A stretch of 64,000 nt of DNA from contig CT868033.1 in NCBI GenBank assembly GCA_000165425.1, forward strand, positions 124,001 to 188,000, given 5' to 3'. Position numbers and translations under genes: made by a program. This document shows, in pieces, positions 1 to 11,992 of the stretch (the stretch's first letter is position 1; each line of letters begins with the position of its first letter). Below the pieces are notes generated by a model, which searched no databases, was not told the DNA's origin, and saw only the letters and a list, made by a program, of their open reading frames with translations. This DNA comes from Paramecium tetraurelia. Lineage: Eukaryota.

Positions 1-1149
1 CTTTACTTCAAAAAGAGCCTATAAATACACTTTTCAATTTACTCATGGCCTTCATATACAAGCAGCAAGGGAATCAGAATATGGCTGACAAATATTCGAG
101 ATGCACTCAAAGAATATTTATGAGAACCATGGGCTTGCTAACAAAAGGGTATGACTGTCTATATTTCTTTAAGATTTCCAAAACAATAACCAGATCCTCA
201 CTTATTGCCAAATTTCAAATAACAAATGATTGAACAATAAGAAAAAGCCAAAAAGGCTCCAGTCTTGACTCCAGAATAGACAGATCAAATTCAATTAGAA
301 TTAATTGAGTATTTCGCATCTCGCAGTTTATTTGATCTAGCAGAGAAAGCACTTATTAATATTAAAGACAAAACCACTCAAAAGATTAACATAATAAAGG
401 CCTAGATTCATATCTTCAATGAAAACTATACAGATGCTTTGAGTTTAATTCAAAAAATCTTAAATCAAAATCCAAAAAATTATGAAGTCTACTTAATAAA
501 AGGAGCTTTGTGTTATTAAACTGAGCAGTTTTATGAAGCAGAAGAGACTTTCTTAAAAGCTTTATCTATATAACAAAGGAAATCCTTTGATATCCTACTG
601 AGATTGGGTTATTTGTATCTTAAACGTAAGTCTTGGCAAGACGCTAAGGCTATTTTTGAAAGGGCCTTAGATTAGTAAAATCCTTCAAATAGTTCCTTAA
701 CTTGGTTAGGACTTGGAATTTCAAATCTAAGGTTAAAGGACCCAATAGCTGAGGAGTGCCTTTGTTAAGCAAGCATTCACGAACCGTTTAATGGTGAGGT
801 TTGGGGATATTAGGCTCTAAACTGTTTATAATAGAAGAGAGGGTAATAGGCCAAACAATGCTTATTAAGAATGGAATAAACAGAAGTAAATGATTTAGAT
901 TTATTGATTGAATTGGCAGAGGAGATGTACAAATGCCAAGATTATGAGAGTTGTCGATAAATATTAATGAGAGTCTATAATTCAAAAGTTAAGATACCTA
1001 ATATGGGTTTACTGTTAAAGAATCTGGGGTAAGTGCATGCAGAATTAAGAAGAAAAGAGGAAGCCAAATAATATTACGAAGAGTCATTAATATATTTAGA
1101 GAGTGCTAACGAAATAGAAAAAGTAAATTAAGAAATAAAGTTTTTATGA
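1..1149 (+). CDS. CFAP70: TPR-repeat ciliary protein, CFAP70/TTC18-like (3' part; 5' end outside window)
   Basis: Code-6 translation gives TPR helices ...LLRLGYLYLKRKSWQDAKAIFERA...SSLTWLGLGISNLRL...NGEVWGYQAL..., resembling the CFAP70 C-terminus; TGA at 1147-1149. Confidence 0.7.
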
Positions 1150-1607
1150 AGTTTTGCAACTTCATATATATATTTATCTATAAATGTAAATATTTTGTTA
1201 TCAAATAAAATCTAATAATCTCTTCTAAAATCGTATTTACAAACTCATTGTAATAAGAATAGAATGAAAAAGAATAGTATCAATTTGAATATTAAATTCT
1301 GTGACTAGCATATTACAGATTTATTTGAATTCAAAACATAAAATATAATCTATGAAAATAATTCTAATATGAAATCTAGAATGTCTTAGTGAATATTCAT
1401 AAGAACCAACTTAAACCTACATAAAGCTTATAGAAATTTGAAGAACATATAATTAATATAATAGAGTTATTTTCAATTGTAGATTATAATTTATTTTTAT
1501 GGATTTGAATTCTTAAATAGCTTGCATCAATAGAGAATAAAATTAATGACTAAATAATTATGGTTATCAGATGATTAGTTTAATTGGTATCATTCAATAT
1601 ATTAAAT

Positions 1608-2224
1608 TCATAAATCCCTGGCATCTTCGAAACTCAAGATAAATACAGTGTGAGGATAATAGCTGACACCTCTTTCGTCAGTCTTAAATTAATAAGAGAC
1701 TTGGCATGTAAAGCCAGAAGCATTCAAGACTCCCTTACCGAATTTTAATTATTTCATACTTTCAGAATTCCACACATAAATTATGCAGGTGAAATGTGCC
1801 CTTCTTCTGAGATGTACTTAAGAAGTAAGGGATTTTCATCTCTAATTAGATAATCATTGGGTCTGTCCTTTAATTTTTCAATGGACTCTGCTTGTCTCCC
1901 AAAGAGATGCTTCCAAAACTACGAATGCAGATGTAATATACAATTCCTTATATGAATCTCAATTGTTCCACTAATTTTGTTTCCCTCTTGTTTCTTTCTC
2001 TCAAACTTACTACCTCATAGAGTCTGATTCCAACTGACACTCCCAACTGCTCCATCTTTGAGTTCATTTCATTGTAATCATTCCCATGCTTCCTCTTCAA
2101 ATAGCAAATGTATCTAAATGTAAATCTAATGGAAATACTCAGCAAAGACATAATTGAAGGTGCAGAAATTCAACTCTGGTCTTTGTTGCCTGATATTTTT
2201 GTCGAAAAACTAAAATTTTTTCAT
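1608..2224 (-). CDS. TRAPPC5: TRAPP complex subunit Trs31/TRAPPC5 (Bet3 family), 3 short introns
   Basis: ...EQLGVSVGIRLYEVV...RETKLVEQLRFIQGIFWKHLFGRQAESIEK...CGILKGVLNASGF; introns of 23-26 nt, GT..AG. Confidence 0.85.
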
Positions 2225-2248
2225 GATTATATGAATTAACTAACATTA

Positions 2249-3411
2249 TCATAATTGCTTTAATGATTCAGCAAATTATTCAATTAAAGTCATAAGATAC
2301 TTCCCATTCATACAAGTTGCATCAACTAATGCACTACATACAAGATATGGATCCATATTGGCTGCAGGTCTTCGATCTTCCAAATACCTTACGATTACAC
2401 AAGTATATAATACCCCTTGCCTAATTCTTTTGTGATTATTGGTACTCTAATGGAACACCCCCTAGAGCCATCTCCCCAAGAGAATTAATTGTATTCTCCA
2501 GTCTCATGTTTGCCAGTCAATCTCGCTTCATTGTTTAACCCATACAACAACATCATTTTTTGGTGGTTCTTTTCCAAAAGTGGCAACATAAAATCCTTTA
2601 TGTATTCATACCCTCCCTATTCTCTTGTGCTCGTTGTTGAGAAATTGCAATGAGCCCCTGTGCCATTCCAATCTCCTTGAATGGGCTTTGGATCATAATT
2701 GATATCAATCCCAAACTCTTCGCCCAATCTCTCCAATATATATCTTGCCAACCATAGATGATCCCCTGCCTCTATACCTCTTGCAATCCCAATCTGAAAT
2801 TCCCACTATGAAGGAGCTACCTCTGAATTTATTCCTGATAATTTCAGGCCTGCACAAAGACAAGCTCTTTGATGAGCTTCAGACAATGCTCTTCCAAAAT
2901 TGTTGCGTTCTCCTATCGAACAGTAATATCTTCCTTAAGGATATGGAAACCCTCCGACTGGCCATCCCAAGGGCCACAAATGAGTTGTGCCTGTCCTCTT
3001 TAACATAAAATATTCTTATTCAATGCCAAACCAAGGATCATTCTCACTTGCTTCTTACATTATTTTTTCAGCAATCCACCTAAAATTGAAACGTGCTGGT
3101 GTTTTACGGTCTGGCTTGTATGTTTCACATAATACAAATTTATGTGGATCTCCACGAAAGGGATCTCTCACCATACAAACAGGCTTAAGGAAAATCTCAC
3201 TAAATTTCGTGATTGCTTGATCTGTAGATGAACCATCAAAGGTCCACCATTCAACATCATCCAGACTTTTAATAGCAGTATTGTACACTTTGGTTTTGGA
3301 TCTCAGTCTCTCTCCAGTACCATCTATCCAAATATATTCTACCAATATATGTGTATTGGTGTTTAATTTGAAATAGTTGAAATCCCTTAAGTTTTCAATA
3401 GTTTCGGTCAT
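2249..3411 (-). CDS. Glutamine synthetase (GSII type), 1 intron
   Basis: [62 protein letters not shown] motifs. Confidence 0.95.
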
Positions 3412-3977
3412 TAATCAAATAAATTTAGAATAAATAATTGTTATATATTTTCTGCTGAATCATGGATTGTACTTAAGTAAAATGTTCAAAAATCTAATTA
3501 ATTTATAGCATTTTATGTTTTGTACTACACTCACACTCAATGAATAATATTTTAATAACGTTAAAGTGAAAATATAGGATTTAATGTTATTCTCTAAAAG
3601 GCTTTATATTACTAAAAAATATTTGAAAAACAAGAAATATTTATTTCTCTATTATGTGGATGATGATTGCATTTAAATACAATACTTAAATATTTATTTT
3701 TCGGATACTATATTCTAAGAATAAGTTCATATAAATTTAAGTGAGTTTTATTTAATCTAATTTTATGAATACAAAACTATAATTTTTTTGGATTAATTTA
3801 ATCCATATAAATTTGGTTTATAACTGCAAATTTATGTTTATTAATGAGATTGTTATTAAATAGAAAAAGGAGAGGAGTTGTATAGAAAGATGAAGATTGT
3901 AGATATTAAAACACACATAGTTGTTTAGTAATAGTAAGTTAGTATAGGGATTTAATTTGATTAAATAAATTTTATTG

Positions 3978-4776
3978 ATGAGCAGAACTTACTCTCCTAT
4001 TAGGAGTAGGGCTGAGAAAATAGTTGGTTAGTTGAGTGAGCTTCATTTGGGAAAGAAGGATTAAGTATGGAGTAGAGATTGATTTTGATAGACTTAAAGA
4101 ATAAAGGAGGCAGAGGAGAGAGTAGAAATAATGGAAACAGCAATAAAGGACTTGAGAGAAACTTTGGAGGGGAAGGTGGCAAAGATTAAGGAAGGATTGG
4201 AATATGTTCATTCAGTGTTGAAGGAGTAAGAACCAAAATAGGAAGATGAAGAACAGATGATTGAGGATATGAAGAAGGCAGAGGAGAGTGTGAATCAGTA
4301 GTTGGAAGAACTTAGTAAGTTACGGGAAGAGAGTTAATAGAAATTCAATGAGCAAGTAGAATAGGACATTTAAGAGTTGCGAGAGCAGGTAAACTCTGAG
4401 AAGCACGAGAGAAATGAGTAGATAATGGAGATCAATGGGTGTTTGGAGGTATGGTTGTGAGTATATTTGAGGGTAGAGCGACTTGCCATAGTTATAGGAG
4501 ATGCTGCAAGCAAACATAAAGGAGAGAGAGGAGATGGATCGAAACATTAATGGGAAGTTGTATGATGAATTGCAGAGGTTGTCACAGATAATCCATGCGG
4601 AAAGGATCAGTAGGTAGCAGAGTGAGCAGAATTTGTTTGAGATGTTGAAGGATGTCGTGAATAGGATCAAGAGGGAAATCGATGAGGAGAAGAGAGCAAG
4701 GGAAAGTACTGAAAACGATGTTCTGGGAGTTTTGGAGGAAACCCTTAATAAAATCTTAGCAGCGCAGGAACATTGA
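3978..4776 (+). CDS. SF-assemblin/beta-giardin family striated-fibre coiled-coil protein, 2 introns
   Basis: MSRTYSPIRSRAEKI...; C-terminus EQNLFEMLKDVVNRIKREIDEEKRARESTENDVLGVLEET is homologous to the gene at 51524-52359. Confidence 0.75.
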
Positions 4777-4800
4777 TAACTAAAATAATATAATAATTAA

Positions 4801-5787
4801 ATGCAAAATTCGGACAATTCAGATGAATAGTATAGTGATGATCAATAGGAGTCTCCTCGGTTTCTGTATAACTTTAGGGAATTAAATCTGCAGAACAAAA
4901 GTTTACTTGGAGAAATACGGATCATTTGCAGAAATCTCATTTATGTGATTGGTTTGGCTCCTACTTTGGCCAAAGAGGAAGTATGCTATATCATTTTAGG
5001 CAAGTTGCTCAGAAAACCAGAATATTTCGGATAATATGGATAGATTTAAAAATTGATTGTAATCTAGAGCAACACCTTCAATCCACCTTCTCATGCAGCC
5101 TACATTACATATCGTAATGAACAGGAAGCATCAATGGCCATACTAGTAAGCATTTTACAATAACTTATCGGCTTGTGAAGGATTTCCTTTGCATGAAAGA
5201 TTGGTCAAAGCCTCTTTTGGAACCACCAAATACTGTACCAATTTCTTGAAAGGACAACAATGCAAAATCAAAGATTGTGTTTATTTGCACTAACACCCAA
5301 AAGATAAGGAATCAACATAAGTTATTAAAAAAGTACTAATACACCTTTATATCATCCAAGGAAGAAATGAACAATTCCAAATGGTTATTCTCTTACTCTC
5401 AAAGATTAGCTCAAATCAATTTCAAAAAATTCTACACCAAAATTAATTACAAAGCTGCTCTTTAAAAATCCATCTTTCTGAACACCCAAAATATACTAGA
5501 CCGAATGATAGCCTATAAAATTGTCGATCGTCATTTGGACTAGCCTCATTAACAAATAACCAATGAGGACACTTCATAATAGTTCTCTGGTAAATCGGTT
5601 GATGCTATATCCCCGTAAAAACCATTGGATATGGAGAAGAGATTGGAAGATATCATTCAAAAGAGTACCTTTCTAATCTTATTTAGTGGATGGAGATAGT
5701 AATTCCAGGTTCAAATTCACAACTACTATAAAAGTTCCCGAAGATTAAGAAGCAATAAATCAATTAAAGTAGTTTATTCTAAAATGA
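4801..5787 (+). CDS. NOT4/CNOT4-like RRM + CCCH protein lacking the N-terminal RING
   Basis: IRIICRNLIYVIGL...PEYFGQYGQI...AYITY...VKASFGTTKYCTNFLKGQQCKIKDCVYLH is the NOT4 RRM/Zn-finger signature; one intron lacks an AG acceptor (see findings). Confidence 0.8.
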
Positions 5788-6411
5788 TAATAAATCATAT
5801 ATTAATCATCAATATTTCTTAATTCACATGAATTTCTTGAGTCAAATATCCCATTTCAATTCCAAATTGTTTGGTAGTGTAAATCTATAAAATACCATCA
5901 TTAATTAAAATATTTATCAAATTTATTATTACACTAAGTCTATTTAATAAAATTGGAATTTTAGTAATAGTTACTAATATAAAAATAATAAAGATATTTT
6001 GAGACATTACTATCGGTTAGGATGAAATCAACCTTACAAAATGAAGGATGAATATTTATGTTTAAAATTGTATGATATTTTACTAACATAATAATCCCTT
6101 CTTTAATATAGGATATTATCAAGCTTAGTAAATTATATTTTAGTGCCAAACATAAGTAAAAACAATGAGAGGATGAAAATGACAATTTTGAATATTATTT
6201 TTAAGTCCAAATATTATAAGGATTTTAACAGTTATTTTCAACTAATATAATTTATAAAATGTGAGAACATTTTTATAAATTAATTGGGTGGAAAATAAAA
6301 TGAAAGTTATTAGATAATGATATAAGTTCTATAAATAGTTAGGGTTAAATATATATATATAGTTGAACTCTAATATATGATTGCTCATTTAAATAAGCAA
6401 TAAATAAAAAC

Positions 6412-6983
6412 TCAAAAATTACTTTAGATAATGTTTCCTCCAAATGAATCGTCTTCATTTTCTTCCTACTTGGGTTGGATATCCTCTTTGTCGCTATCTC
6501 TTAAATCCCCCTTGAATTTCTTCTATAAGTATTTGCTGAATTATTATTAAGAGATAACAGAGTATTATTTCTATTCCTCATTATATCTTTTTCTGTCTTC
6601 CTCTGATCTTTTTTGATAAGGCTACGATATGAACATATTTACCTCTTATTCAAATGGACTTAATTCATTCCATTTTTTGGCAATCATTGATGTTATTTCT
6701 TAGAATTGCTTACCTAATAATGAGTATTAATTCTACCTTTATTTTCCTCTTGAAATTTTGACCTCATGGCTTTGAAATAAAAAATAAATGCTGATTATGG
6801 CATTTTAGGAGCTTAAGGATCTTTATTTCTTTTTTTATATTTCTTGGGTCTCTTCCTGATTTGTTTCACATGTGGCAATATCTACTGGTACTTATTGCAC
6901 AGCTCTTTCATACCATCAAGGAACTCTTTGAAAATAAAGAGCTCTTTTTTGTATTGTGTCGGAGCAAATAAATCATTCTCCAT
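6412..6983 (-). CDS. HMG-box protein
   Basis: KRNKDPQAPKMPQSAFIFYFKAMRSKFQEENK...EITSMIAKKWNELSPFE, HMG-box consensus; short introns. Confidence 0.85.
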
Positions 6984-6995
6984 CAATTTTTATAA

Positions 6996-7526
6996 TCACT
7001 AGTAATAATTTTATAGAAACTCATATAAATTTTATCTTTTATCCGAAAAAAATGGTCTCTACTCTTAATCATCCATTAACATATTTAAATTAATCACTCT
7101 CCTCACTTTAGGTTGTTATCTGTTCATATACGATGTAATGTTTAGTACAGCTGGACAATCGTATGTCCTTTGAGGAGAACTTTACCGAGAAATGGGCTGA
7201 AACAACACCTTCCCGTTCTTTCGCCTTTTCAATATCCTCGTCTCCGGTGTGAACAACCTGGTTTAATGATTTTAGAAACTAGTATTCTAAGTCTGGAAAT
7301 TGAAACTCCTGTTGATTTGAACATTTTCAAACAAGTCACACATGATTCCCTATTCCTTGCCCTTCCTCTCATCTTGAATCGGGAATCTACTAGAACCAAT
7401 TCCCTAAGCATCCACTTTCTTGTTAATGGGGGACGCCTTCCCGCATATCGAGAAATCACACAGAGTCTGATTCCTTTTCTTGGCTAACCTATTGAGTTTC
7501 CTACTTGGAATTGTGTATAGATCCAT
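6996..7526 (-). CDS. Hypothetical protein (176 aa, intronless)
   Basis: Continuous ATG-to-TGA code-6 ORF of 531 nt filling the gap between neighbours. Confidence 0.6.
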
Positions 7527-7544
7527 TTCAATATTTATATTAAA

Positions 7545-8276
7545 ATGAGTTTTGCTCTACCCTCCTCGAAATTACCATTGGTATACAGACACCCATATCA
7601 AGGATTTGTCAATGTCCTACCCTACATTGATGGAGAGTTGGACACCAAAACTCAAAATATAGTATTGAATGCTCCCCTAAACTAGGTTGATCGTATGATT
7701 CAATAAGAAATGTAAAACATGGACCCCCAAGACTACTTGCATGAATTGCCCATGCCTTAAACCAAGGTAACGGACTTGTTGAGATCAGAGATGGAAAGAG
7801 TGTAGCTCCAATAACCGATGGCTAAGGTGGATTTTGAATAGAAACCAAATTTCAATGAAGAGTTTTAATCGACTCATGAAATCCAAGAGGCAAATTAGTA
7901 ATTAAATGTCCTTAATCAATACGCACAAATTAAGTAATTCAACATCATCATACTTTAAGCATTATAAATTCTGAATTGCTCAATAAGTATGGCAAAGAAT
8001 CGTGGGCTTTATTGCTCAAATCGTAAGAGAATGAGAAGAGCAGGTTGTCTAAGGAGATCGCCAATCAAGAGCAAGAATTGAATCACATCAATGCTTAACG
8101 TAAATACGAATAGGTAACATTGACCTCATATTAAGAATGAAGTCAAATATAAGTTGGACAGCTTAAAAGCCAAGGTCTAGGATGTCTTGACGAGCAATGC
8201 TTAATTGGAGGTTGTGTGCGGAGAATTGGAACAGGAAATATATGACAAGTAAAGAAAATAATTAAAATTGAATTGA
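7545..8276 (+). CDS. SPF27: Pre-mRNA splicing factor SPF27/BCAS2 (Prp19 complex), 3 introns
   Basis: VNVLPYIDGEL...VDRMIQQEM...DYL...NSELLNKYGKESW...INAQRKYEQ. Confidence 0.85.
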
Positions 8277-8301
8277 TTTTTAATATATAATTTATTCTTT
8301 G

Positions 8302-8991
8302 ATGAATATCAATATATACAATTCTTCAAGTTTTATAGATCTCATTCCGAATGACTTCAACTAAAAACACACTGTGTCCTCATTGAATAAAATTAAAGTC
8401 AAAAAACTCAACAAACAGATTTAATCAACTTCCGACTTTGCCTCTTCATCTTGTTTGCAAATGCTCACAAGTGCAAGCTCCAATCGCAAAACATTCAAAT
8501 AAAATACTGACATGTATAAATTGGGCTAATAATTTTTATAACACAAAAAGGAAAAACAATAACAATTGATTCATTAATTGGAAGCCAAATTCTAACAGTC
8601 ATGTCCATTTTCACCCTAAATCACATCCAATTCTCGAGTCATTGCTTCTGTGTCCAAAACTACTGTAGATAGAGGAAGACAGTCCTCTGAATTGATTGAT
8701 TCCCAATCGATTAAGTTACAAAAAGAACTAGAAGAATGCACTTTTTCCCCTCAGATTTTGAGAAGAAATATCGATATTTTTGATAGATCTTCCCCATTCT
8801 ATTTCAGATAAATTGATTGGAAATCAAATCTTTAAGAGAAATTACAAGCAAACAGATCATAAAACCAAACTCAATCAACCATTTCCCAAAATAAGCAAAT
8901 CCATCCAAAATACTTAGACTTGAGAGCAAGCCACGCTTTGAAGAAAAATATTTCTGCAAAATATCTAAGATAATCGTTGACTTAGATTTGA
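8302..8991 (+). CDS. Hypothetical protein with CPFSPQI / ECTFSPQI motifs
   Basis: 690-nt uninterrupted code-6 ORF containing two C-x-F-x-P-x-I motifs. Confidence 0.65.
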
Positions 8992-9459
8992 ATTATTAAA
9001 TTTAATAATAATTTTGTTTTTTCACATTCAACTTATACTCTAATTAACTTTATCAACTTATCAAATGAAACACCTTGATTAGAACTATGTTTTTCTAGAA
9101 GAAATAATGAAAAATATTAAAGATAAATATATTTACAAAAAGTAGTTATCTTTTTGAGAAATTAAAAGATTACATATATTTTGAAATAGTGTTTATTCAT
9201 AAGAATCTGTTTAAATTAAATGTTAGTTTCTTATAACATCTTAGATTAAAAAAGTATATCCTAGAAACTAAAGATTTTTAGTTCAATTTTTATTAGTTAT
9301 TATTATCTATATTTGATGATTTTCACAAATGAAACACCTGTTGTTTAATTCCAGATTGAATATGATAATTATTAAGATCTTTTTTCTTATTATAAGTAAG
9401 AATGCAATTTAAATATATTTTTCGCACGAAATATAATTTAAATTTGAACTAAAATAAAG

Positions 9460-10525
9460 ATGCAAAAGCAACAAAATGAATAAATTGAGGAGGATGAATA
9501 TGAAGAGGTGATTAGCTATACATCTTTAGAGAAGTTAGCAATTCCAGGATTTGGAGCAGTAGATATACAGAGATTAAAAGATGCCGGATTTACAACATGT
9601 GAATCAATTGCCTACACTGCCAAAAAGAATTTGATGAATATTAAGGGCATGACTGATGCCAAGATTGAGAAATTAGTTGAAGCCGTGGCTAAACTAGTAG
9701 TAAACCAATTCAAACCAGCTACCGATGTTCTTAAACAAAGAGAAAGAATAGTACACATTTCAACAGGGAGCACTAAATTTGATAAATTACTTCGAGGAGG
9801 CATTGAAACTGGTGGAATAACAGAGATATTCGGTGAATTTAGAACAGGGAAGTCTCAAATTTGTCACACATTAGCAGTCACTTGTCAAATGAATGATGCA
9901 AGGGGAAGACCAGGTGGCAAATGTCTATATATTGATACCGAAGGAACTTTTAGACCAGAGAGGCTGAGTGAAATTGCAAAGAGATTTGAATTGGGAATAG
10001 AGGAAGTCTTAGAGAATGTCTCTTTTGCGAGGGCTTATAATGTAGATGAATAAATGAAGTTACTAGTTCAAGCATGTAATTTAATGTCTACAGATAAATA
10101 TGCATTGTTGATAGTCGATAGTGCTACAGCATTGTATAGAACTGACTATTTGGGAAGAGGAGAGTTGTCAGCAAGATAGAATCATTTAGGGAAATTCTTG
10201 AGGAATCTATAGAGATTAGCAGATGAAGTACTATTATGAAAGTTATCTTTTAGTTCAATGTAGCAGTTGTAATAACTAATCAAGTGATGAGTCAAGTAGA
10301 AGGTATGAGATGATAGGAGGATTCTATTGTACAATGATGGCCATGGGTGATCAAAAGAAACCAATTGGAGGCAATATCATGGCTCATGCATCTACAACAA
10401 GATTGTATTTGAGAAAAGGAAGAGGAGAGAATAGAATTGTTAAGATTTATGATTCTCCATGTCTACCAGAATCAGAAGAGTAATACACCATATCACCTGG
10501 AGGAATCGATGATTGCGCTGATTGA
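9460..10525 (+). CDS. RAD51: DNA recombinase RAD51, 2 introns
   Basis: [81 protein letters not shown]. Confidence 0.95.
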
Positions 10526-10998
10526 ATTAATTTTTATTATTTTTTTTTTTAACTAACAAATAAAAATTAGTCAATTACTTTTACAACAATCACAGGAATA
10601 GCTAGCTACATGGAGGGCGTGTTCATATGGCTTATTAAATATATTAAGTAGGTATTTTTGAATAACTCATTTGGTCTTTGATTAATTCTAATTATAGCAT
10701 AATTGTTTTGATATTCTTGTTATCAATTGATTCTGGGTTATTTATTTAAGAATAAATCTAAAGAATGTACAATTTTGAAGAATTATTAAATTATTTTATA
10801 TTTTTAAAGATATTCGAAATTTTATTTTTAAATTCATCGATGGCTACTAATCATTACTATGTTTACTGATTATTTACATCTAATGAAGTATTCTCCTTTT
10901 TAATTCAATACATCAATCTAAAGTCAAAATCCTAGAATTCTTCGTTATCTAAGATGAGATGATGTTTCTTATTCGGTGTATTTGCAATTTCATATTTT

Positions 10999-11204
10999 AT
11001 GGATTATGAATTGTCTCTTTTTTAAGATAATTTCTATCCTTAAAGATTCAATAAATATATTTCAATCCCTGAAAAACAATAGCTTAAAGTATAAATTACT
11101 CTCATATATTTTAGCATTTGTCAAATCTATGGATTAATTAATAGGTTAAAGCAAACAAAAAAACTCTCCTCTACTTTTTCTAAGTATTCAAGATATAACG
11201 CTGA
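10999..11204 (+). CDS. Possible small orphan protein (59 aa) or gene remnant
   Basis: ATG plus a canonical-looking 26-nt intron (11089-11114) plus TGA in frame; no recognisable homology. Confidence 0.25.
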
Positions 11205-11310
11205 AATTATTTTAACTTGATTATGAAATATTTATAGAATCAGTAAAGAAGTTGTTTTATATAATACCTAGATACTGTAAGTATGGATTGATAAAAGTAT
11301 ATTAAAATAA

Positions 11311-11948
11311 TCATTCATTTTTTAATGAAGTAGTTATTGCTTAAGCTAACTTAACTAGTTCACTTACATAAGTGGAGGTCAATGAACTTCTGCTGACGTA
11401 GGATGATTCAATTTTATTTCTAAGTGCCACGATTTCATTCAATTAAACAACATCTGCTAGACTGCGTCCTTGTCTTTTCTTCAATTGCTCAGAGGAAGTA
11501 CGAAAGGAGTCATACTTGAAGGAATCAGAAGGTTTGGTGTATGATTCAGTTTCAATACTGTATTTGATTTAGGGTGGGGATTGAACAAACTTGAAGGGGG
11601 ATTGTGAGGAGATGGAGGGAGATTGGAAGGATTCTCTCCACTTGTGTCCACTATTGAAGGATTTAGTGCGTGGTCCCAGAGTGTCGGTAATTCTGAGGGT
11701 TAATGTATTGGGTACTTCTATTGAAGGCCTTGAGCTTTGTAAGGTGAGTAAGTGGGTTCACTCCTTTGAGGTTAGGTGGCAACAACATTGGATAGACGGG
11801 AGTAGGAGAAGTCTCTGATTCTGGCTTGAAGATTCTCAAAGGAGGGTACTTGTGCTCGGGTATCCTTTCTGAATGGATAGATGATGGTGGTTTACCTATT
11901 TGAGTTGAATTTGTTGGCACTTTGTGGAGCTTCACGTTTTAAGAACAT
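11311..11948 (-). CDS. Hypothetical Ser/Pro-rich protein, 1 intron
   Basis: Two ORF halves joined in frame by the 23-nt intron GTACCCAATACATTAACCCTCAG; ends ...YVSELVKLAQAITTSLKNE*. Confidence 0.65.
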
Positions 11949-11992
11949 AATTTTATTAAACGTTAAAAATTAAATTGTCATCATGTATATTG

